From Octopus vulgaris (taxonomy: Eukaryota), in the NCBI GenBank assembly GCA_951406725.2, contig OX597821.1, forward strand, positions 3,782,001-3,846,000: DNA of 64,000 nucleotides, written 5' to 3'. Shown piece after piece: positions 53,821-64,000 of this stretch; the stretch's first letter is position 1, and each line of letters begins with the position of its first letter. The notes under the pieces are model-generated. The model searched no databases. It was not told the DNA's origin and worked only from the letters and a program-made list of their open reading frames with translations. A program made the position numbers and the translations under genes.

Positions 53821-54527
53821 TTCGTATATAATAATACGCTTTGTGTGTCCCTGTCGGTCACGGCGTAGGCAAAGGAAAGTAAAATAACCGACGAATTGAG
53901 AGAGGTTGACAGTCAGAGATGCTAACGCAAGGGATGGCTTTTGATGACGTAGCTCCGAAGATGCTAAAATGAAGAAGAAAAAAAACGGAGCGGCAGTGAG
54001 TGACAGTCAGAAGGGGTGACTTGTAGTGAGCACAGAATTCAGCAGAAAGAAAATGAAATCGAATTTTTATCGGATATCATACTTACCAATTTTGCACACA
54101 CATATAAGTATAAGATTAAATTTTCTGAGTTTTTGTGGAGTGCATTTGTAAGAAATAGTAGTATGTAATATATAATAAAAAGTCGGTTACACTTTGTAAT
54201 CGATTAATGACATAACAGAAACAAGATTCATAAAGAGAGAGAGCGACACATAGATAGGCAACTACCTATAACGAAAGATAGATTGATATACATACACACA
54301 TGCAGAATGTAAATATATATACATTTACTATGCAAACACTTATATATGAAAACAAGTGCATGTATGTGGACGTAGGCATACATATTTTCACATGTATATG
54401 CTGTTTGATTCTTCTGGGTAAATTTCATAATAGATTAGCTTATTTGAAGTAGGCTAGAGATAAACTTATTCAAAACCATAAATTCTGATTTATCTTACAC
54501 TTATATTCGTGTATGTACGCATATATG

Positions 54528-54574
<47 letters not shown>

Positions 54575-56169
54575 ACATTCACAGTGGGTGCGAGAGGGAA
54601 AGAGAGACTGGGTGATGTGTATTTGTGAGCATGTATGCATGTGTTAGCGTGCGTGTGTGTGCGTGCGTGTGTGTGTGACTGTATGCATGTTAGGACTTTC
54701 GGAAATCACTGTTTCCCGTCGTTGTTCATCCGCCTTCGTTCGGAAAACAAAAGCTACTAAATTAAGCAGCTTCCAAGAATTGGATCATCCCAATGGGACA
54801 CAAAACGAAACTGATTCTATGAGAGTGAATAATTTCTTACATTATCATCTTTATTTCCATATAACATTAATTCACATTGCAAATGTTCTTGCCTCGACTA
54901 CAGCTGGACATTCGCCAACTATGGCCACTTCTCATACAGGAGTCATTTAAAATTCATCTCATAAAATGATTGGACATCGATGGCAAAATTAGTAACATCT
55001 CGAGCTATTTGAAGTTCCTCAGAGGTATTGCATTTCGTAGGAGACCATGCATGATAATATAGTAATTCCGACGGGAGAATTATATTCATTTGATCGATTT
55101 GATCTTATTACCTATTGACTTTTAAGCTCGAATAAAAAGAAACAATACAGGGTTGCCAATATTTAAACACTCCCATGAGACGTTTTCTGTTCGGCAGCCT
55201 CCAATTTATAATATAAAAATCAAATCTTTACACTCGCGTAATAAATTAGTTCATATGTATCTGATGTGTGATATATAAATAATATAGCGTAGATGGAGTT
55301 GTTGTTGTTGGCATTGATGCTGACGATATGTGAGCGATGGTGTTAGACATGTTAGTGGATAAATTTTGAAGAAATTCAATGATTGAAGAGTTAGTAAAAT
55401 GAAAGGAGCCAATATATTATGCGACATCTTGAAAGCTACAATGCTCTAAATTGATTAGTGCTAAATGAAACATCATTCCTATTCCTTCCTATCGAAAACG
55501 AACGGACACGTCTTTAGATTTCATAAGAAAAAAACCCAACTAAGATAAAAAAAACAACGAAAGAAAAAACTCATAAGATAACAACAGTAGCAGCAAAAAT
55601 ACCATCAGTGATAATGATGGTATTATCTTCGTACTTTGGCATACATCCGAGAAAATATCGTTGATGTTATTGGTTCAGTTACAAATCAGCCTTGATTGAA
55701 CGCACATATGATCAAAGGCGTTTCACAAATGACTATCCTAGTCTCTCGTTTCGAGAATATATAATCCTTCCTCACGATTGAAAGAAAATTTATGTCGATT
55801 TGGCAACAATTTCTAGCAGACTGATAAATATGTTGCTCCTTCCGTGTTGGGTTCCAACGTTCTGTACAGTAGATCAAATTTCGAATATGCTATTGGTCTA
55901 GGATTTCATTCATGAGACTAACACAATTTGAGCAATATCCTCAGGAAAATTTCAACTGACAGGACAAACTAATCTAAATACAAAAAGAATTTCCTCACTT
56001 GCTATATGCTCAGAATGTTCATGACCCTAATATCAACTATAATGATTTCTTTATTCCCAACAAGATCGCAAATACGTTTTTTGCCCATACAAGAAGGAAT
56101 TGAATGACGGTGGGGTGTTTATGTCTAACGTATAAAAAGATAATAAAAATGATAAAAAATGTGCTAAAA

Positions 56170-56400
56170 AGGCGGTGAGCTGGCAGAATCGTTAACACGC
56201 CGGGCGAAATGCTTAGCGATATTTCGTCTGTCGTTATGTTCTGAATACAAATTCCGCCGAGGTCGAGTTTGCCATTCATCATTTCAGGGTTGATAAATAA
56301 AGTACTAGTTACGCACTGGGGTAGATGTAATCGACTTAATCCCTTCGTCTGTCCTTGTTTGTCCCCTCTATGTTTAGCTCCTTGTGGACAATAAAGTAAT
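56170..56400 (+). mobile_element. SINE family 2
   Basis: Colinear with 38497-38722. Confidence 0.9.
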
Positions 56401-57774
56401 AAAAAGATGATAAAAGTGAAGAAGCACAAAATTCTAGAAAAACAATTTTTGCGGTAGGCAGGATAACTATTTTCGGCTGAAACTAGTACCCTAAAATCTG
56501 GATGACCTTTTGCTCTGAGGGCAAATGTTCTCTCTCCGAATTGTGTTTCTGGTGAACAGGTATATGCGGGGTCGATGCGAGTGAACAGTTACATGCGGGG
56601 TCACCTAGCATATGTGTTATTCTGACATAAAAAAGAATTTTGGGGAGCCAGTACTTATCTCAGCCGCCGCGAATTCCACTCAAAATCAAACTGAAAATAT
56701 CAATCAATGTTTGGCAAAAGAGGAAAGTCCTTATTTTCATTTTCTGTCTGCGCTTTTCCGTTCAGCAATTAAACAACAACTAATTTGCTAACATATTGTT
56801 CAAAATATCAAAATCTTCTTCTGCAAATTATCGGTTCCTTTATATTTCTTCGCCCCTTTGCTTCTCAACATCATCATTCCTCAACATGCATAACTAAGGA
56901 AATACTAATCATGAAGCTGTTTGCAGTATGTGTCTTCGAAGACTTCAATAAACTCGTACTGAGGACACTCCAATCCCAATAGACTGCACCTCGTAGAGAA
57001 GCTTGTCTTATCCTGTATCTATCCTGCTGTCATCTGCTTTTCACAGCACACCATATCCTCCATCGAATGTCGGAGCAGGCCAGAGAGATGCAAAAACTGA
57101 ACACTGTCTCAAGGAATTTCTCGTTTGTCAAAGATTTTAGCACTGCAATGCGTCTCTGTTACCCAGCGCATCGAATGCTGTTGCTGCTGCTCCTACTGTT
57201 ACCAATTGAACTTTGATGTTACAGTAAACATTAATGATACAATGTGGATATTGCTCTTCAGATTAAACAAATCAATTCAATAAATGTCTCCCCCAGCGTA
57301 GCGTAGCCAGAGAGCTTACCACTTTCTAAAATGTAAGATTAGTAAATCATATGTTCAGTCTTGGTGCCTTTAAACAAGCAATGATAAATGGAATCCATCG
57401 CTTTCGTCAATGCGTATTCAAATTACCCATGTGCTAAATACCAGCGCATTGAATGAGTGAATTGGTGGCTAAATATTCTATAGACAAGAACATACTTCAC
57501 GTAATTCTCCGGAGTAATGATCATAACACTATGTTGAACATGGTTGGATCTATGTATCACAGGTAACATTTATACGATTGGCTTACGCACTTTCCATCGA
57601 CCCAATTCATTTCACAGTCTTAGGGTGTGCTAAATTTAAGTTACAGCATTAAAAGATACTTGCCAAAGATGCATCGCGGGGAGACCGAACACAACACATC
57701 ATGATTGCGAAGTAAACTTCTTCACAAGCTGGCAATGGTACGAAAATACGGATTAGTGTAATGCTACGGAATGC

Positions 57775-58110
57775 TGAGACCTTCTTTGGTCATGACTGAC
57801 CATGGGATTGTACCTACAAAGTTACCCTCGCAGGCACAAGTACTAGTAAATTTGTTTATGGAAGACTAGCCGTCGCCCATGCATACCGGCCTCCCCTCTG
57901 CACGCTATCAGTGTTATCCAATGAAAGGCAAAGGCCGATACATTTTGGCACCTGTGATGTCGCAACTCATTTCTACAGCTGAGGAAATTGGAGCAAACGT
58001 GAAATAAAGGGTCTTGCTCAAGAACACCACACGCAGCCCATTTCGTGATTCGAACTCACAACCACGTGATCATAAACTCCACGCTCTAACTATGAGCCAT
58101 GCACCTTCAC
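57775..58110 (-). mobile_element. SINE family 3 head and core with a different tail
   Basis: Reverse complement GTGAAGGTGCATGGCTCATAGTTAGAGCG..GTGAGTTCGAATC..GTTCTTGAGCAAGACCCTTTATTTCACG..TCAGCTGTAGAAATGAGTTG matches 51790-51927, then diverges. Confidence 0.8.
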
Positions 58111-58580
58111 GCTACGGAATACATGCATCAATAAATGTGTTTTAGGTAGGACACGAAATATTAAGGTTATAAGTCAGATGTTCCTATGAGTCACTGCACA
58201 AGAATTCATGAGAACTAAGATTGTTACAGCTGCCGAAAGAGCCGTAATATTTATTTAAACCAGCATATAGTGTTATAGTTTCCAGCTTAATTACTTTTTT
58301 ATATACGTAGTATAAAATGTTATCCTATTTTTTCATAGGTGGTTTCCTGGTACCCAGTGAGTGTCAAGGAGACAATCATATTTAATAATATAGGGAAGGA
58401 TTAGAAATTCGAATTTCAAATCAAGAAATACGGAAGGAGATGCATATAGCATATTTGATTTTCGGGTTTCGCTATTACGATGACCTTAAAATTTATTAAG
58501 TACGCACTGCAATTTAGTAATAAAAATATATGATACAAAATGAACAGATACGACAATAACGTGGAAATACTTATAACAGA

Positions 58581-60040
58581 CTAGCAAACGCACCCGTTGT
58601 TTGGTAGGTGTAGGTTGCTTTGGTGGTATTCTTTTTCATCAAATATTTGACCTACCGATAAGGTTTATGAGCTGCACGGCAAACTACGGTTCCGATTAAC
58701 CTAGCAACGAAAAATTAAATTGAAAGCGGGTGATTGTAGAGGTCGTTGTACTTTAATGATCATAGAACATATCAGTCGTCATCAAATTTAGCAATCAGAA
58801 CATATCATAGAACATATCAGCGATGCAAATTAGAGCTACTGGAGTGTTTTGGCAGTAGATTACGGATAATGACTATAAAATATAGTTGTTTTACATGAAA
58901 GGGAATTTTTTTCTCAGAAAAACCGGTAAATGGTGCAATGAAATTGAAGGAAGACGTTGAAACTTCCTCTCTGCAAGTTTATTTTCGCAACAGCAAAAGG
59001 AGCTATTTTTTCGGAGAGATAAGCAAACAAAAGCCCCTTTATTCTGTTTTCCCACATAATCTGCGCATAAAGTAGCCGTGAATGCCGCATAAAGTGAAAT
59101 TGGAGCTTTCTGAAAAAAGCGTATAGCTCAAGCTAGTGGAATAAAAACTCTTATTTAAAGTTTGATTGTTCGGGACGAAACATATGTGGGAGTTTAAAAA
59201 AAGCTAGAACGACAATGCTAAATCGTATTTCAAACAATGAAAAATAGTCGTAATATCTTAATGGATGGGTAAATAAACATCCTTAAACTGAAACAGTTCA
59301 TTGGTAGGTAAACAAAGGTATCAGCAAATAGAATAGAGGGAAGGGAACATCACCTTTCAAGTAACTCAGAAGAGGTAAAGGTAAACTTTCCAAAGTTTAA
59401 TGCAGGTTGAATATGGAGATTAAGATTGTTTGGTGTTAGATATTCATCGCATATAATGTTCTTAGTCAATTTGTGACAGGTAGACAGTCGAAATAAATCG
59501 ACAAAATCTCTTCACTTTAAAAAAAAGATTAAAAATGCCCAGTTAGGGCCATTTACGCAGGGTGAAATGTTATAATGCATGACCATCCTTATGACCTAAT
59601 AAAATGTGTGTGTAAAGTTTGGTGAAAATCGGTTGAGAATTGTGGAAATGTATGCATTCGGTGTTCCTAGTCAATTTAATCAATGATGCTGGTGGACAGT
59701 GGAAATAAATAGACAAAATCTTTTCACTTCCATAAAAAGATTAAAACAGGCATCGAAGATCCTACAGATTATAAAACCGCTCAGTAATGCAAATGAATAG
59801 GAAACATGTATTGTTTTTTCTCATCGCTCTAGATACCCCAATATCGATTGTTTTAAAGGTTAAGTAGCCTGCGTGCGGGCCTGGGATATGAAGCGGCTGT
59901 CTACAAAATTTTAAAGCAATCGGATGAAAGATGTAGAAGTTATTGAGGTACATTAAATTTTTATACAGAGAGAGAGAGAGGGGGGGATGAGAGAGGGGGA
60001 GGAGAGAGAAAGAGAGTACTTCAGTTTTATAGATAATAGA
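58581..60040 (-). mobile_element. Non-autonomous Helitron-like element (~1.46 kb)
   Basis: Minus strand begins A|TCTATTATCTATAAAACTGAAG followed by (CT)n and ends ..ACGGGTGCGTTTGCTAG|T. Contains AAA.TTT....AATCGG motifs and an internal duplication (59458-59535 / 59663-59745). Confidence 0.65.
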
Positions 60041-60429
60041 TTAGATTTTAAGAACTACTGTAGTCTGAACGTAATGTCATTTGAAGTTGAAGCTTAAGAG
60101 TACAGTTGCCAAATGTTCATGCCTTTTGTTATATTTACTCTGTCGTATGCCTAATATGTTCCAAGGAAAAATTAAAAGAAACTTTTGGAGATGTATCTAT
60201 GAAAATATGTTCATTCCGTAATTTCGAAACATGCTGAAGCACAAAGTATCTGCAATAAAAGATCGAAAATCAATACAAATGTTTAATATGATTTTATTTT
60301 GGTTTGGAACAAAATTTTGCACTGTGTTGTAATCAGTGTCATTTAAAACATGCGATTTCGTTTCTCACGTAATAGAACGTTGACATTTGAGTGCATTTTC
60401 CCATACGATTTAATATGAGGATGAATTAT

Positions 60430-61010
60430 TTCATTTCTTTTTTATGTTAAAAATGAAAATGAAAGGAAAATTGGATACATTTTCATAATCTGATGCACTG
60501 TTTTCTCACGAAAGATATTCCACATACCTCATATGAACGTTATAATGTGTTCAAAATCACTTAAATACGTGAATCGCAATGATGTTTGGGTACCTCATAA
60601 TCTAACGAAGAAAATTAGTGGGTTGTATTTCCATCTGCGAATTTCTACTCAAAGGCAAAGAAGATGATCCATTTTTGATAATTGCCACCACTGGAGATGA
60701 ACAATAGATTGTTTACGACTCGATGGGTCTATAACGATCCTGGAGAAAATTAAATGAACTACTATATATATATATTACGAAAGGCATAGTGTATTATGGG
60801 TACCTTCTGTAAAATCAGACGTTGGATTAAGACAATTATTTTCGACTAGATTTAATAAAGAATGCAATCAATGAATAAAGGTCTAGAATTTGGTAATCAG
60901 ACAGACGAGAGTCGTCTTTTCTCAAGAGAAAGACTGATTTATGTTTATTTACAGACTAGATGGAAAAGAGTACTGCTTGTCTGTTATGTCCTGCCACATA
61001 TGCCGTACAA
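60430..61010 (+). pseudogene. Decayed mariner transposase remnant
   Basis: YVNRNDVWVPHNLTKK (WVPHEL motif)..ISICEFLLK..DPFL..TTGDEQ*IVYD (first catalytic Asp region). Confidence 0.8.
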
Positions 61011-62895
61011 GACTATAAAAAGGTATAAGTGAGAACCAAGACAGATGCCAAGTAGTCATGAAGCTTCTTCAAATGTGGGGGAAGTTTGTGGAAACCAATA
61101 ATCCTTTGTGATGACCAAAGGTATGCACAATTGATGCAACCTCCATATATCAGAAATGATATATACGGGAGCACTTGTCAATTCATTTGACAATGGAAAT
61201 GAACAGGGTTAGTGTAAAGATATGCAAGAAATTACCTAGTGTATTGTTTTTTTTATAATACGTATCTTCTCCCAATATTTAAAGTTGTTTAAAGCAACAA
61301 CGAAGAACTATTGATCCTTTTGCATATCTCCCAAAATGCAATGGTTATACTATTTATATTTCGCAAGTATTTTCACCGTGGAGAAGTTTATAGCAGTCCT
61401 GAGTTTTGTTTCCCCACTTGCGCGTCACTCAACAGTAGATAATCAAATGTCAATATGCGGTACTTTATAGCGAGATTATTTAACGCGCGCATACACAACC
61501 AATAAGTAGAGACAGGCATTACAATAAGTAGGGACAGGCACAATTCATCCGCTGAAGTTTAAGAGAATAGGCAGAGAAATGCCCACGAAACTGTGGTCAT
61601 TGTTCCATTTCTAGGTTCGAAGCCAATTCAATATACATGTTTTTTTAATTCGAAAATATTCAACCTTTCCTTCTTCACAAACTAATAATATTAACATTTG
61701 CGAAAATGATTTAATTATCACGTGGCGAATTTCTAAGCTCATTGGCTGATAAAGATACAATATAGTGTAATATACTTTATAAGGAATCTTTCTATAGCAA
61801 AATGTTAATGTTTTACGAACTATTGAGAAATTTTCGAGTGACAAACAGATATAAAGCAGTTTTTGCAAGGACATTAATTTGAGTGTCCTTATTATTTCGG
61901 AGTCAGTTAACTGAAATAACAGGTTCACGCTAATTACTCTAAATGTGTGATGCAATTCCTCTGGGAATACGTGGTCCGTATTCATATATATAAATCTATG
62001 TATTCATATACATTTTGTTAAAACCAATTTACTTCATGCATTTGTACACGCTATGGAAAACACTGCAATTATTTAATACCAAACTCAGAATCAGCCATAA
62101 CATTTTTACCCATATCTATTCTCTTATTTGTGAGTTTCGAATATGAACACTCCGGATATGTATCTACCTGACTTTGCAGACCTACTATTAAGGCTTAATG
62201 AGATCTCCCTCTCTTTTACAAGACAATATATTTTGTACTTTCGGATAACTACCTATCCATAAAGAAATACAAGGAGCTCCAGTTGTTCTGATCGTCCTGT
62301 CTTTCTACTCACTAAGATATATATGCAATTCAATGCAAGTGTTTTATAAATGATTTGATGCTATTAAGGGACACATGTCCATCTATTTTATTGCACTTTC
62401 ATTAACTCAAACCATATATTGCCTATAAGCAACTCTTGTTTGCCTTGCATGTTCGATATTCAAGTTTTACTTATCTCGTCATGTATGAACAGTAATTTTA
62501 TGTATCTGTGATACGCATTTTTGACACATTCTTATCTAATATAATCACACACATGCATACATACCTAAACATACATACACATCTTTTTGTGTATATATCC
62601 ATGTGTGTTTCTGTGTCACCGGACCAAATTTACTTGATAGAATTTGTCGAGAACAATAATTTAATCTATTCAGCTGATATATCATGCATTCCTATTTCAC
62701 GTTCATTTGTGTTCGTATGACGTTAAGTGTGTATATGTGTTCCTCAATAGTTACGTGAATGCAGTAATGTCTATCGTCACTTCTGAGTGTGTCTTACTGC
62801 GAAATACGAAAAACAAGTTAACACATTCCACAATATTAAGTGTTGACGAAAGTGTTGTACAACCGGTCTAGCATTCGAGCATCTATGTGTGTGCA

Positions 62896-62952
<57 letters not shown>

Positions 62953-62970
62953 TGTGTGTTTGCACCTCGC

Positions 62971-63033
<63 letters not shown>

Positions 63034-63039
63034 TATACG

Positions 63040-63070
<31 letters not shown>

Positions 63071-63828
63071 ATGTATATGTTTATATACGTACATTTTTTA
63101 CCTTGTATCACTTAGACGTCATCGAAACCATTACGAATATTTCTTTATTAAATGAAACTCTACATCACTAAAAGACAATTAGATTCTGCAAATAAATCTA
63201 TTGGATTCATAGCGATTACTTCCATTGTTGATACTAACAAATGTCTCTCCAGTGGAAAATACTCCTTGATAATCTCATTTAGATACAGGAGATTTTCATC
63301 CATTTGCTAAATCTATTTTGAACAGCGTCATTTGTCAATTGTAAATTTAGCAGACGACATCAATTTAGATTGGATTTACTGAAACGTTCATTGATTTTAC
63401 TGTTCCTATGATTACTTTACATTATTATACGTCTCTAAGTTTGCAAATGAGAATATGTTTAAAGAATATAATACTATTTTTATTTATTTTATATTTTATA
63501 TAATTCATTTTACGAAATTTGTGATGGCTGACGTTATCATGCATAGTATGTCAAGTTGTAGCTGCGTGGTGAAAAAGTTCCCGTCGGTAGTAGTTAACTC
63601 TGCATTAAGTGCCTATGTGTGTGTATGCGTGTGTGTGTGTGTGTGTGTACGTGGGCATGTGCGTATGTATTAAAATTTGTTTTTATACACAGTTATAATT
63701 TAACCGTTATCATTATTCTGATACGCCACTCCATACTCTTGTTGAGTGCAAATTTATCATTCTTATATAAGAATGATTTGACAGTGACCCAAAGATGTTT
63801 TGATTTTAACAGACACTGTATAAAAACA

Positions 63829-64000
63829 AGCTGGCAGAAACGTTAGCACGCCGGGCGAAATGCTAATCGGTATTTCGTCTGCCTCTACCTTCTGAGTTCA
63901 AATTCCACCGAGGTCGACTTTGCCTTTCATTCTTTCGGGGTCGATAAATTAAGTAGCAGTTACGCACTGGGGTCGGTCTAATCGACTTAATCCGTTTGTC
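63829..64000 (+). mobile_element. SINE family 2, cut by the window edge
   Basis: AGCTGGCAGAAACGTTAGCACGCCGGGCGAAATGCT..GGGGTCGATAAATTAAGTA. Confidence 0.9.

Overview
AT-rich, repeat-dense eukaryotic DNA. The mix of (TA)n/(TG)n/(AAT)n microsatellites, tRNA-headed SINEs and LINE types suggests a coleoid cephalopod such as Octopus; this is an inference. I could not support any host protein-coding exon, so the window reads as intronic or intergenic, and nearly all short ORFs are microsatellite artefacts. Recognisable content: a 5'-truncated CR1/L2-group LINE (35766-37722, -); four diverged families of R4/Dong-like restriction-like-endonuclease retrotransposons, all sitting in (AAT)n-type tracts in the same polarity; more than 20 SINE copies from three families; three mariner remnants; several MITEs; two non-autonomous Helitron-like elements; and Penelope-like termini with hammerhead-ribozyme-like motifs. 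The most striking feature is a CRISPR-like array at 24947-26068. It has eight identical 70-bp units separated by T(ATT)n spacers of different lengths. The unit is the extreme 3' end of a Dong-like retrotransposon, including a stem-loop that is conserved with compensatory changes across the four families. Coordinates were counted by hand, so boundaries of decayed elements are approximate.
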